A DNA stretch of 64,000 bases from Alphaproteobacteria bacterium (GTDB lineage: Bacteria; Pseudomonadota; Alphaproteobacteria; GCA-2731375). The DNA lies in the NCBI GenBank assembly GCA_965225945.1, contig CBDDBZ010000031.1:32001-96000 (forward strand). Reading direction: 5' to 3'. How positions within the stretch are numbered: the stretch's first letter is position 1; each line of letters starts with the position of its first letter. Of this stretch, positions 25,021-35,306 are shown piece by piece. The notes below the pieces were generated by a model, which searched no databases, was not told where the DNA came from, and saw only the letters and a program-made list of their open reading frames with translations. The position numbers and the translations under genes are program-made.

Positions 25021-28000
25021 TCAGCGCGACGCCCGGACGCGGCGCGCCATCGCGCGCGCCAGCCGCTCGAGGTTGAGCGCCACGCGGGCCTCGGAGAGCG
25101 GGCCCGCGATCGCCACCTCCAGGTCCGGACCCTCGGCCCCCACGGCGGGAAGCCGAGCACGGGCGTCGAGGTCGAGCCGCCAATTCGCCACGTCGACTTC
25201 GCCTCGAAGCGTCACGGCATAGGTGTCGAGCCAGCCGGCGCTGTCGAGGGTACGGGCGATGCCGCCGGCGAGATTCCAACGCCCGGCGAGCGACAGCTCG
25301 GCGCTTTCGCCGGAGAGCGCCCGCGTCAGCGCCGCGCGGTCCGGCGGCCCTTCGTCGCGCTCGGACAATCGCGCATCGAGCCGGGCGAGGGCGAAATCCG
25401 CCACCGCGCCTTCAGAGATCTCGACCTGGAAGCCGCCGGAAAGACCCCGTGCCATGTCCCTGGGACTGGCGCCCAGCGCATCGAGGGCACCCAGAATCGT
25501 GATCCGGCCCGATACCCGGGCAGCGCCCCCGGTCGCCCCGATCAAGGCGGCGAAATCCGCCTCGGCGAGGTCGACCCGAAAGGAGGCGCCCGGCGTGCCG
25601 CGTAACAGTACCTGGCCTCGAAGGTCGAGCTGTCCACCGAAGAGGCGGCCGGCGAAGCGCTCGACCTCGACCACGCCGGGACGAACGACGAGCGCCAACC
25701 GGGGTTCGTCGACCACGATGTCGCCGATCCGAAGCCGCGCGCCTTCGAGCGTCAGACGCACATCGACGTCGGGTATCGCGGCAAATTCGAAGGGGGCGCG
25801 GGACCAAGGCGCCCCGTCCTCGTCGAGGGGCGGCCACGGTGCCGGCGCGGCCAAGACGACGTCCTCCGCCCGCAGGCGTAGCTCGACGCGATTGCGAGGC
25901 CCCTCGGTGTCGAGGCTGGCGCTTCCCTCGAGCTTCAAGCCGCCCAGTCGTAGCTTCAGCTCCTCGAACGCGAGCCGTCCCAGCGGGCCGGCGATCCGCG
26001 TCGAGAGCTCGGCGTCCCGCGCGGCCGTGGCGGCCCCCGGGGCGGCCAGTGGCGGAAAGCCCCGGTCACGGCCCAACAGCGCCGCCGGATCCTCATGGCT
26101 CAAGCGGACGGCGAGATTCAGCCGGGGCGCCGTGATCGGCTTTGCGATCCGGCCCAGAATCTCGGCTCGCCCGCCCGCCCCCTCGAGCCGCGCGTCGAGC
26201 ATCAGCGCGCGGCGATTGCCGCTGACGGTGGCGGAGCCCGCGAGCGCGCCGGCTAGCGGCGAGAGCGACCAGCCCAAGGCCGTCGCGAACTCTCCGACGT
26301 CGGCGTGCTCGGCCTCGAGGCGCAGCTCGATCGGCAGGTCGTCGCGCGCGTGGTCGATCCGACCGTCCAAGGTGGTGCGCAGTCCCAAGACCGTCACGGC
26401 GGCTTCGAAACCCACTCGCTCGAAGTCCAGTTCCAAGTCGCCCTCGACGCTGGCGCGCCCCAGTTCCTTCGCCGCCGACGCGTCGGGGATGGCGAGCCGG
26501 TGGGCGAGCTCGCTCAAATCGTCGCTCGCGGCTTGGAATCGGGCCTTCAGCTTCGGCGCCGTGGCGAAGCCGCCGGCGGTGGCGGTGAAGGCGACGCTGG
26601 CGCCCGCCAGCGCCCCGATCCGGGCGCGCCGCATCGTCATGCGCCCCTGCCTCAGGCCGACGTCGAGTTCGATCCGCTCGAGCGGCAGACCGGCGAGCGT
26701 CAGCTCGCCCACCGCGAGTTGCAGATTGGCGTCGAAGTCTTCGAGGCGCGCCAGCAACGGGCGCAGCGTGTCGGCTGGCGGTGCCCGGGCGAGCCCGGAC
26801 CTTCCGGCTATCGCGGCCGGCTGGACGTAGGAGTCCAGGTCGAGGCGGTCGAGGCTCAGAGCCGCGCCGAATACCGGCCGCTGCTGAATGAGGTAGGTAA
26901 TTTCGCCCTCCAGGCGGCTGTCGTCGAAGCGGGCGAGGATGTCGGCGAATTGCAGCAGATCGCCGTCCACCTTGGCCTCGCCGGTGAGGGAAAGGCCAGC
27001 GAGCCGGCCCGACGGTATGGCGGCGACATCGAAGCCGAGCCAATCGAGAAAGCGGGAGAGATTGTCGGAATTGAGCGCGATCCGGCCTTGCAGTCGGCCG
27101 GGCCGCTCCATCTCGCGGGCGACGCCGGTGAACTCGAAGCGGGAGCCGCCGGGGAGCAGGGTCGCGATCTTTTCAACCCGCATCACGCCTTCGGCGCAGA
27201 TCGCGCTTATCCGCGTTTGCCGCAACACACCGCCTCGGTAGGTGAGACCGCCCAGATCGAGATCGATGCGGCCGAAGAGCCTGCGTGGCGCCCAGGCAAC
27301 GGCACCCGACACCATGCGCACCGCCTCGGTCCAGTTCCACTGCGCCCGGGGCAACATGGCATCGAGGTCGATCCGATTTGCCTCCAGCGCCAGATCGAAA
27401 CGAAGCGGGCGGCCGATCACCACCGACAGCGCGCCCGAAAACCGGGCGCCGGCAAGGCTCAGGTTGATGTCGTCGAGGGCGAGCTCGCGTCCCTGGCCCT
27501 CGACCCGCGCCGTGAGCGCCAGCGGTCCATGGGGCAGCGGTGCCGGGCCTTCGCCGCCCAACGCCTCGCCCAGCCGGGCGAGGTTCGGCGCCTCCAGCGA
27601 GATCGATCCTTGCAAGCTGCGCCCGCCTTCGTGCGGGCGAAGGCTGCCGGAAAAGCCGAGCTTGGCGCCGGCACGGACGATTCCGACCCGGAGCCTGGGT
27701 ATCGCGACCGTGCCGTCTGGGCGAAGTCGGGCGACATTCAAGGTAAAATCGACCTCGATGCCATCGATCACGGCGCGGCCTCGGGCCGAGAACGGACCGT
27801 CCAGCGAGCGCGCCGTGCCCTCCCCCTCGATGTCGCCGACCGTCCAGCTCGAGTGGTCCCGAGGATCCGCCACGCGAAGCCTCCCCCCCTCGACCTCGAT
27901 GACCTGGAAAGCGGTCCCGGGCGTCAATCGGGCGAGCGGTCCGGTGGTGGCCGCCGCGGGCGGGTGGCCGGCGGCACCCAGCACCACGTCGACCTCTGGC

Positions 28001-28317
28001 GCGACCAGGGTCAGACGGCCGACCTCCACCCGGCCGAGCAGCAGCGGCAGCAGTTCGACGCGAGCACGAACCGAGCGAACCGCGATACTGACTCCACGAT
28101 CGTCGGATAGGCGCAAGCCGTCCAGTGCGAGGATCGGCTCGGGCAGGAGGCGGAAGCGAATGGCGCCGTCGATCACTACCCGCCGCCCCGTGAGGTCGCC
28201 GGCCGCGGCGGCGATCTCCTCTCGGTAGCGATTCCAGTCGACGACGCTCGGCAGCGTCAGAACGACCCCGATCGCGGCGACGACCAGGACGAGCGAAGCG
28301 ATGGCGAACTTGCGCAA
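25021..28317 (-). CDS. AsmA family protein
   Basis: N-terminal TM then PSVVDWNRYR...TGR.V.IDG, repeated LDLDSY/IDLDAM beta-taco segments. Confidence 0.88.
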   Translation of the reverse strand: MRKFAIASLVLVVAAIGVVLTLPSVVDWNRYREEIAAAAGDLTGRRVVIDGAIRFRLLPEPILALDGLRLSDDRGVSIAVRSVRARVELLPLLLGRVEVGRLTLVAPEVDVVLGAAGHPPAAATTGPLARLTPGTAFQVIEVEGGRLRVADPRDHSSWTVGDIEGEGTARSLDGPFSARGRAVIDGIEVDFTLNVARLRPDGTVAIPRLRVGIVRAGAKLGFSGSLRPHEGGRSLQGSISLEAPNLARLGEALGGEGPAPLPHGPLALTARVEGQGRELALDDINLSLAGARFSGALSVVIGRPLRFDLALEANRIDLDAMLPRAQWNWTEAVRMVSGAVAWAPRRLFGRIDLDLGGLTYRGGVLRQTRISAICAEGVMRVEKIATLLPGGSRFEFTGVAREMERPGRLQGRIALNSDNLSRFLDWLGFDVAAIPSGRLAGLSLTGEAKVDGDLLQFADILARFDDSRLEGEITYLIQQRPVFGAALSLDRLDLDSYVQPAAIAGRSGLARAPPADTLRPLLARLEDFDANLQLAVGELTLAGLPLERIELDVGLRQGRMTMRRARIGALAGASVAFTATAGGFATAPKLKARFQAASDDLSELAHRLAIPDASAAKELGRASVEGDLELDFERVGFEAAVTVLGLRTTLDGRIDHARDDLPIELRLEAEHADVGEFATALGWSLSPLAGALAGSATVSGNRRALMLDARLEGAGGRAEILGRIAKPITAPRLNLAVRLSHEDPAALLGRDRGFPPLAAPGAATAARDAELSTRIAGPLGRLAFEELKLRLGGLKLEGSASLDTEGPRNRVELRLRAEDVVLAAPAPWPPLDEDGAPWSRAPFEFAAIPDVDVRLTLEGARLRIGDIVVDEPRLALVVRPGVVEVERFAGRLFGGQLDLRGQVLLRGTPGASFRVDLAEADFAALIGATGGAARVSGRITILGALDALGASPRDMARGLSGGFQVEISEGAVADFALARLDARLSERDEGPPDRAALTRALSGESAELSLAGRWNLAGGIARTLDSAGWLDTYAVTLRGEVDVANWRLDLDARARLPAVGAEGPDLEVAIAGPLSEARVALNLERLARAMARRVRASR

Positions 28318-28412
28318 ACGTTCCTCCGCGATAGCGCCGCCGAAACCGTGACGCTAGCATTGCGATGGCAGGGTGGCGGGATCATTCCGCGCGAGCGGAT
28401 AATGCCCCAGCC

Positions 28413-28697
28413 TAGTGGATAGAATCCAACATATGGTAGCCCTACGATCCCATATCCTGGTTTCTCGCCAGGAGGGCGCCCGCCGGCGATGCCGGCACAT
28501 CGTCAAGGGTGCCCGACGCAGCGAGAAGCCAGGATTTGGGAGAAGCCAGGATATGGGACCCGAAGGGCGGCTTCCCGAGCCCGCCGGACGCGTTGCCCGG
28601 CGCTTGTGATGCGCCCCCATCACGGCGCACCGGGCGCCTTTCCGGAAGAACTCGGGAAACCGTCGTAGGGGTACCATATGTTGGATTCTATCCACTA
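28413..28697. repeat. 285-bp segment bounded by 35-bp inverted repeats (34/35 identical)
   Basis: TAGTGGATAGAATCCAACATATGGTAGCCCTACGA (28413-28447) is the reverse complement of 28663-28697 with one mismatch; internal AGAAGCCAGGAT[AT]TGGG motif occurs twice forward and once inverted. Confidence 0.9.
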
Positions 28698-28816
28698 AAC
28701 CATCGTCCGAGCCGGCTGAACCACCCGGCCCCGGGCATTCCACCGATGCTTTCGATAAGGTTCCGGCCTCGCCCGGGCGGATCATGCTCTGGCTATCAAA
28801 TCTCCTGACCGATCAC

Positions 28817-30588
28817 CTACGTGGGTAGTCCGGCCTTGCCCAGACCTTCGCGATGGTGGTCTCTGTCGGCGGATAACTCGTAGGGCAGGATCGAGAGATA
28901 GCTCTCGATCGAGAAATCCGGCTTCAACCGAAGCGTTTCGGCCACCTCCCTCTCGCAATCCGATGCATTTCCCATCTGGGCATGGCACGCGCCCAAGTCA
29001 GCGTGATGTTGGTAGCGCGATACGCCGATCTGCATATACGCCTTGATCGCCTCGGCGTAGCGCTGCTCGGCGTACAACGCTCGGCCCAACAGGTGCGAGA
29101 AACTGTTGACACCCAGGGGGTCGAGACGCATCGCTGTTTGCACCCACTCGAGGCCCTCGGCATGGCGACCCATCCACGTCATCAGCTCGCCACGTTGCGC
29201 GGCCATACGGGGATCGTTCGGGTTCATCGCGAAGGCCCGGTTGTGGTACAGTTCGGCCTGAGCCAGCTCGCGCTGTTCCATGTTGATCTCGCACAGGATC
29301 CTGAGACACTCCATGTCGTTTTCATCCAGCGCCAGCGCCTTCTGTGCGTTTTCCACCCTCTGCTCGCCGGCAAGGTCGGGCTTTTCGGCATAGCCGCGAA
29401 GCACGGCTTGGCGAAGCGTGCACGCCTTCCAGGCATAGGCCGGGGCGTAGTTTGGATCGACTTCGATGGCTTTGTTCAGCGAATCGAGCGCCTCCGAGTT
29501 GGCCTCCTTCGTACCGACGTGATGGAGGATCTTGCTGCGCAGCACGTAATCGTATGCCGCCATGTCCCGCGGCGGCTTGCGCTTGATGCGTTCGATGTCC
29601 GCCACCTCGAGGCGCGCCGGCAGCGCACCGACGATGGCACGCGTCAATTCGTCCTGGAGCTCGAAGATGTCCGACAGTTCCCGGTCGTAACGCTCGGCCC
29701 AGACGTGCTGCTCGCTCGCCGCCTCGATCAGCTGCACGGTCACACGGATACGATTTCCGGCTTTGCGGATGCTGCCCTCGACGAGATAGAGCACGCCCAG
29801 CTCGCGGCCGACATCCTGCATGCGGACGGCCCGCCCCTTGTAGGTGAAGGCCGAGTTCCGGGCGATCACGAAAAGGCTCGGATATCGCGCAAGCTCGGTG
29901 ATGATGTCTTCCGTAATGCCGTCGGCGAAGAATTCCTGCTCGGGGTCGTCGCTCATGTTGACGAAGGGCAGCACCTCATGTTGACGAAGGGCAGCACCGC
30001 GATGGACGGCTTGTCGGGCGGCGGCGGCGCCTTGCCGTCGGGCGCGGTCACAACCGGAGCGGCGTTGAGCGGCCAATGCCAGACCTGGACCGGCCGGGCG
30101 ATGTTCTTCATTGCCTGAGCGCCGCCATCGGCGAATTCGATGCCGAGTTTTCCGAGCACCTCGGCGTGCACCTTCTCCGAGATACAGACGCCACCGGGTT
30201 CGGCGATCTCCTGCAATCGAGCGGCGACATTCACGCCGTCGCCGTAAATATCGTCGCCGTCCACGATGACATCGCCGAGGTTCACGCCTACCCGGAATTC
30301 AATCCGCCGGTCATCGGGCTCCTCGGCGCTCAGCTCCGCCACCTTGGCCTGGACCTCGACGGCCCAATTCACGGCGTCGACGACGCTCGGAAATTCGGCC
30401 AACAGTCCGTCCCCCATGAGCTTCACGACGCGACCGCCGTGCTCGGCGATCTTGGGCTCGACCAGTTCCGAAAAACGGGCCCTGAGGCGAGCGTGGGTGC
30501 CAACCTCGTCCACGCCCATGAGACGCGAATAGCCGACCACATCGGCGGATACGATGGCCGCCAATCTGCGTTGTGTCCGTTCCGTCAT
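28817..30588 (-). pseudogene. Class III cyclase-TolB-like-TPR protein, frameshifted by a 23-bp tandem duplication
   Basis: N-half RRLAAIVSADVVGYSRLM...GDG...DIYGDGVNVAARL; C-half VLPFVNMSDDPEQEFFADGITEDII plus TPRs; TCATGTTGACGAAGGGCAGCACC duplicated at 29953-29998. Confidence 0.9.
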
Positions 30589-30776
30589 GGTTCGAGTCTA
30601 GCGGAGCTCGCGAGCGGTAGGAACAGCAATCTCGGTTCTTCGAGATGCGTGGATGCAGCAGTGACAGCTAAACGGCAACAATTGGCGATGCCCGGGCGTG
30701 GCCCAGGCGACGGCGCGCCGGGGAATTTACCCCCGCGTCCGGATCTCCGGTTCAACCGCGAAAGGTAAAGCGGTCG

Positions 30777-31304
30777 TCACTTCGATGGGTAGGAGTCGAT
30801 GGGGACCATGATGTGCGCATAGGGCGTATTGGGCCACATGATCCAGGGCCCGCCATTGTTCGGGTCGGTGGAAATATTGTCGAACATGGCCTGGTCCGGC
30901 ACCAAGATCATCAAATGCGCCTTTAGGCCCTCGACCCAATCGCCGTCTTCCTTCTTGCCGCCGGGCGTGATGTTGCTGATCGGCGCATCGCCGGCCAGCA
31001 TGTAGCCTATGCCGACCTTGTCGTAGCTCGGCGCCTTGCCGTTCGTCAGGGCATCGAGCAGGTTCTTCCAGGAGGCGTCGATACACCAGGGATCGGTGCC
31101 GCCGTTGTTCGGGATGTCCGGGAGGCAGGTCCAGCCGTTCGTTCCCTTGCGCAATACCTCACCCTTTCAGTCCATGATGGTGGCGTTTTTCGTCAAGGAA
31201 TCGGGCCCGGCGGAGAGGGCGCTTTGAATTTTCGCCTGATCCGCGTTGGCGGCAGTGGCAAGGAATACGGCAAATGCCGACGAGACCAGAGTTCTAAAGA
31301 ACAT
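30777..31304 (-). pseudogene. Secreted hypothetical protein with one in-frame TGA
   Basis: Signal peptide MFFRTL...ANA, then ...NATIMD*KGEVLRKGTNGWTCLPD...; ORFs 31167-31394 and 30777-31154 share a frame, TGA at 31167-31169. Confidence 0.8.
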
Positions 31305-31491
31305 TTCCCCCCCTTTCAGCCCGAAGGCCGAGCGATCCGATCCGAGGCAAGTACGAAGCAACTCCCACGATACAGAAATCGCCCAGATGCTCACAATGCC
31401 CAGATGCCTAGATTGATTGGGAAATTATAAATACTACTTGAAATCGTCCTCCTGACTCCCCATATTTCAATTGTAGAGAGGGAGACAGGAA

Positions 31492-32466
31492 ATGCCCCGC
31501 AAAGCCCCCGGAAAAGCCCATCGCGAAGGTCTGACGCTGGTTCAGATGATGGAGATGTTTCCGACGGATGAGGCCGCGACGGCGTGGTTCGAGTCGGTGG
31601 TATGGCCGGATGGGCGGCATTGTGGAAAATGTGGTTCGGTCAACACGCGGGAAGTCCCGAACGCGAAGCCGATGCCCTATTGGTGCACCGATTGCCGATC
31701 CTATTTCAGTGTCCGCACAGGCACGCCGATAGCTCGCTCCAATGTCCCTCTGCGCAAGTGGGCAATCGCGATCTACCTCTGCCTGACGAGCCTCAAGAGC
31801 GTGTCGAGCATGAAACTTCACCGGGACATTGGCGTTTCCCAGCCCACAGCTTGGTTCATGTTGCATCGCATCCGGGAAGCATGGGCAGTTGACGATGACG
31901 ACGACTTGGACGGGCCGGTAGAAGTCGACGAGACCTATTTCGGCGGGAAGCGCGAGAACATGCCGCTGTCGAAGCGGAGGGCGCTCACGGGCCGGGGGCC
32001 GGTCGGCAAGACAGCGGTGGTCGGTGTGAAAGACCGCGATACCAACGAGGTCCGGGCCGAGGTGGTCGATTTCACGGACGGCGAAACCCTCAAGGGCTTC
32101 GTCCGGGAACATGTCGAACCCGGCGCGACGGTCTATACAGACGATGCGCGAGCCTACAAGGGGATGCCTGAGTTCAACCATGAAGCCGTCAATCACTCGG
32201 TTGCCGAATATGTCAGGGGGCAGGCGCACACCAACGGAATCGAGTCCTTCTGGGCCATGCTCAAGCGGGCGCATGACGGCACGTTCCACAAGATGAGCCC
32301 GAAGCACCTGCAACGCTACGTCTCCGAATTTGCCGGCAAGCACAACATCAGGGACTCCGGAACGCTTGCGCAGATGCGGGACACGGTGGCCGGGCTTGTC
32401 GGACGCAATCTCCTCTACCGCAACCTGATCGCGGACAATGGGCTTTCGTCCGGGGCGCGGTCGTAG
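31492..32466 (+). CDS. IS1595 family transposase
   Basis: Zn ribbon (CGKC, CTDC), VEVDETYFGG, VYTDD, VNHS, HTNGIESFW, HLQRYVSEF. Confidence 0.96.
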   Translation: MPRKAPGKAHREGLTLVQMMEMFPTDEAATAWFESVVWPDGRHCGKCGSVNTREVPNAKPMPYWCTDCRSYFSVRTGTPIARSNVPLRKWAIAIYLCLTSLKSVSSMKLHRDIGVSQPTAWFMLHRIREAWAVDDDDDLDGPVEVDETYFGGKRENMPLSKRRALTGRGPVGKTAVVGVKDRDTNEVRAEVVDFTDGETLKGFVREHVEPGATVYTDDARAYKGMPEFNHEAVNHSVAEYVRGQAHTNGIESFWAMLKRAHDGTFHKMSPKHLQRYVSEFAGKHNIRDSGTLAQMRDTVAGLVGRNLLYRNLIADNGLSSGARS

Positions 32467-32586
32467 CGCGTTCCGCAAAAGCGCTTTCGCCAGCTTCTCC
32501 GGGGTTGCGCCCGCCAAGTCGCGGGCTGGATCAAGCATTCCAGGTCTCATCTTCCAGGGATTCCCGGCTCCAATACAGCATTGACG

Positions 32587-34169
32587 GTAACTGCCCAGGT
32601 AGGTCTGGGCCTATCAAGCGTCGCGGAGACGAGCGATCAGGGTTTCGGGATTTTCCATGAGCGCGGGAATGATGTTCCAGCCCTGTTTTTTGGCGGTCGA
32701 GATGAAGCCGCGGATGGTCGCGAAGTCGTTCGCCCCTTGTTCGGATCGGAAGGCGCCGGAGATTTTCTGCTTGAGCTTCGCCATGCGCACGTCCTGCTCG
32801 GCCTGATTGTTGGTGAAGGGCACGGCGAGGTTGGCGAGGAAGCGTAGCGCGTCTTCCTTGCGCGCCTGAAGACGTAGGAGAAGGTTGTGGCCGGTACGGC
32901 GCGGCTTGCGTCCACGGCGCTTGGCCTGGCCCTCGGCCGGTGCGGGGCCGAGCGGGGGCTGGGCCTCGTGAAAGCGGATGCCCTCGGCCGTGATGGCGTC
33001 CCACCATCGTCGGAAGCCTTCGACGAGGCTCGGTTGCAGCGCCACGCCCCGCTCCCGGGCGAGGTTTGCCGCGTGGCAGGCACGGCGGAGCAGCCTTTGC
33101 ATCTTGCGCGCCCAGCCTTCCTTCTCGATCTCGATCAGGGCTTGCAACTCTCGAAGGTGATGGGCGTTGCACAGCGCATGGTCCACGCCTTGCATCGTGA
33201 AGTACGGCTTCCAGTGGTCGTGCACGACGATGCCGGCGACGCCATCGAGCAGGCTGCCGCGCCCGGCCGAGACCCGGTAGAAGGTCAGCCCGGCACTCGA
33301 GGCGACGTGCAGCCATTGGGTCCGCCCGCCGACCCGCAAGCCGGTCTCGTCCATGTGCTTGACCGGCGCCGATTTCACCAAGTCGCGGATCACCTCGACG
33401 ACGCCTTCGAAGCGCCGGGCGCGGCTTCGGCCCATCCGCGCGACGGTCGCCGGAACCAGGGCGACGGCGAACAGATCCGCCATCAACTCGGCCAGACGAT
33501 CTTCGGGCAAGAGCTGGTAGTGCGACAGGTAGACCACCATGGCCCCGATCCGCGCGCCATACCGCACCGGGCCGGTGACGCCAGCGGGAAAGGCGGCCCT
33601 GGTTTGCCTGCCACATCGCCCGCAACGGCAACGATGCGCCCGATGCTCCATGACCACCAGGGGCCGGGGCTCGGGCAGATCGAAAACCTGGCGGGCGCCA
33701 TGGCCGGTGGACATCTCCGGCGTCAATCCCGAACCACAGTTCGGGCAGGTCTCGGGATAATGATCGGTAATCGCGTCGGGTTCGGCGACTTGGCGCAGGG
33801 TCTCGCCCTCGTGGCCCTTCTGCCCGCCCGGCTTGCGGCCCGACTTCTCGCGCAGGCTCCCGGTGCGCCGCCGCTTCTGCTTCCCCGCCGGCGGCTTGCT
33901 CAGTCCATCGCTGGACGGCGGCTTGCCGCTGTTGGTGCTGTTCAGGCCGAGCCGGCGCTCGAGTTCGTCGAGCCGTGCCGCCAGAGACAGCACCAAATCG
34001 ATCAGTTCGTCTTTCGACAAGAGGGCAAGGGCTTCATGATTCATTGGATTCTTGAATCGCATCACCCCCTGCTTGTCAATCAAAACCTAGGCATTCAGTC
34101 CATCAAACCTACAAAAACTGCCCGTCCGTCCTATCCAGCCGCTCGGCCATCGGCTACCTGGGCAGTTAC
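32587..34169 (-). mobile_element. IS66 family element, single-ORF (ISBst12-like)
   Basis: Perfect 16-bp TIR GTAACTGCCCAGGTAG; 8-bp TSD CATTGACG at 32579-32586 and 34170-34177. Confidence 0.93.
32614..34083 (-). CDS. IS66 family transposase
   Basis: LNSTNSGKPPSSD, GGQKGHEG, CPNCG, HMDETG, VHDHW, CNAHHLREL, PFTNNQAEQDVR. Confidence 0.95.
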   Translation of the reverse strand: MIDKQGVMRFKNPMNHEALALLSKDELIDLVLSLAARLDELERRLGLNSTNSGKPPSSDGLSKPPAGKQKRRRTGSLREKSGRKPGGQKGHEGETLRQVAEPDAITDHYPETCPNCGSGLTPEMSTGHGARQVFDLPEPRPLVVMEHRAHRCRCGRCGRQTRAAFPAGVTGPVRYGARIGAMVVYLSHYQLLPEDRLAELMADLFAVALVPATVARMGRSRARRFEGVVEVIRDLVKSAPVKHMDETGLRVGGRTQWLHVASSAGLTFYRVSAGRGSLLDGVAGIVVHDHWKPYFTMQGVDHALCNAHHLRELQALIEIEKEGWARKMQRLLRRACHAANLARERGVALQPSLVEGFRRWWDAITAEGIRFHEAQPPLGPAPAEGQAKRRGRKPRRTGHNLLLRLQARKEDALRFLANLAVPFTNNQAEQDVRMAKLKQKISGAFRSEQGANDFATIRGFISTAKKQGWNIIPALMENPETLIARLRDA

Positions 34170-34452
34170 CATTGACGGAAGACAGTTCGTCGTGAGCTTC
34201 TTTGAGGCCAACTACCGCGCGGCGGAGATCATCGCAATGCAGGGTAATGATCTCGCCTCTAGGCAGCTCGAAATCGAGCTCTCGTACGGACTGACGGACA
34301 TCGGATGGGTTCTCCGACAAGGCACGCCCAAGGCGCTCTATGGCGCGGCCAGCATTCTTTAGCTTCTGTTCGAGAATCTGAATATCGCGGCGGAGTTCGT
34401 CTCGGCGCCTGATGTTTTCCAGCACCGCTTCCGCGCGTTCCTCGTCTGTCAT
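34170..34452 (-). pseudogene. Coiled-coil passenger gene interrupted by IS66 (last codons at 32547-32578; 104 aa when rejoined)
   Basis: Removing IS66 plus one TSD gives ...HDELSSVNAVLEPGIPGR*; ATG overlaps upstream gene stop (ATGA). Confidence 0.7.
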
Positions 34453-34901
34453 CTTCTCATTCCTTTGACCTTGTCGCCCAGATCTTTGGCGTCCTGGTAA
34501 CGCTTGTCCCGCGCGTTCGCCATCATTAGCCGCTCGTAGTCAACCCAAGCCTCATCGTCGGCCTTGGGATGGGGAGCACCAAGGCCTATGTGGCCGAGAC
34601 GGCGCAGGAGCCGTAGCCTCCGAGTGTGCGGATGATCCGGAGACGACGATGTGAACTCCTCCATCGCGGCCAAGAACTCACGATCCCGTCTCCGAAGATT
34701 ACGCCAATCAAGTGACTTGCTTAGCAGCCACAAAAATATAAGTGTGCCGCCGATGGTAAACGCCACGGTTGAAGGCGTGCCGCTCATGAAGCTGAGCCAG
34801 TCGCCCCAAGTGCGGGAGTCATTCAAGGCGCCGGGAATGCCCAGCGCAGAAGAAATCGCCCCGATCACAGGGAACCACCTGTTGCCGAAGAATTTGAACA
34901 T
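34449..34901 (-). CDS. Hypothetical membrane-anchored passenger protein of the IS1595 element
   Basis: 150-aa ORF with two N-terminal hydrophobic segments, just inside the right TIR. Confidence 0.65.
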   Translation of the reverse strand: MFKFFGNRWFPVIGAISSALGIPGALNDSRTWGDWLSFMSGTPSTVAFTIGGTLIFLWLLSKSLDWRNLRRRDREFLAAMEEFTSSSPDHPHTRRLRLLRRLGHIGLGAPHPKADDEAWVDYERLMMANARDKRYQDAKDLGDKVKGMRR

Positions 34902-35306
34902 CCCCGAATAGTCGGGAGTCCGCCCGCCACTGTCAAGTGGGCTTTATAATTCCCATTGATTGCAGTGATGCTCGAGTGTCAATAGGTCCCCGGCTCATCA
35001 CTTTCCATTAGCGAAACTGGGGACGTATACAGTTTCCTCGACGCTATCATCCCTTGGAAAGCGCGGAAAACCGGGACGTCAGCCCCGGTCTTGCCTCGCA
35101 CCCCAAATCACGAGCGAAGCGTGGCGAACCAGGGCGGCGCGCCCCGTGCTTCAACGATAAGCGCACGCCACCGACACCGCCTGGAGTGCCACGCTCGTTT
35201 CCCTCGCAGGCCATGACGCCGTCATCGCGACGGGCGAGGAAAGCTCGGCGGTTCAGTCGGCTCGGCCGGCACTATAAAATCCACGAAGCCGGCCCGCACT
35301 CCCGGC

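Larger units (their letters stand above)
31420..34954 (+). mobile_element. IS1595-family element with passenger genes (contains nested IS66)
   Basis: Imperfect TIRs GGAAATTATAAATACTACTTGAAA / GGGAATTATAAAGCCCACTTGACA (19/24); 8-bp TSD ATTGATTG at 31412-31419 and 34955-34962. Confidence 0.9.

Noticed and set aside
35010-35095. Two short GGGAC-containing imperfect hairpins as REP elements
   Set aside because: Only two weak copies and no associated tyrosine transposase in the window.
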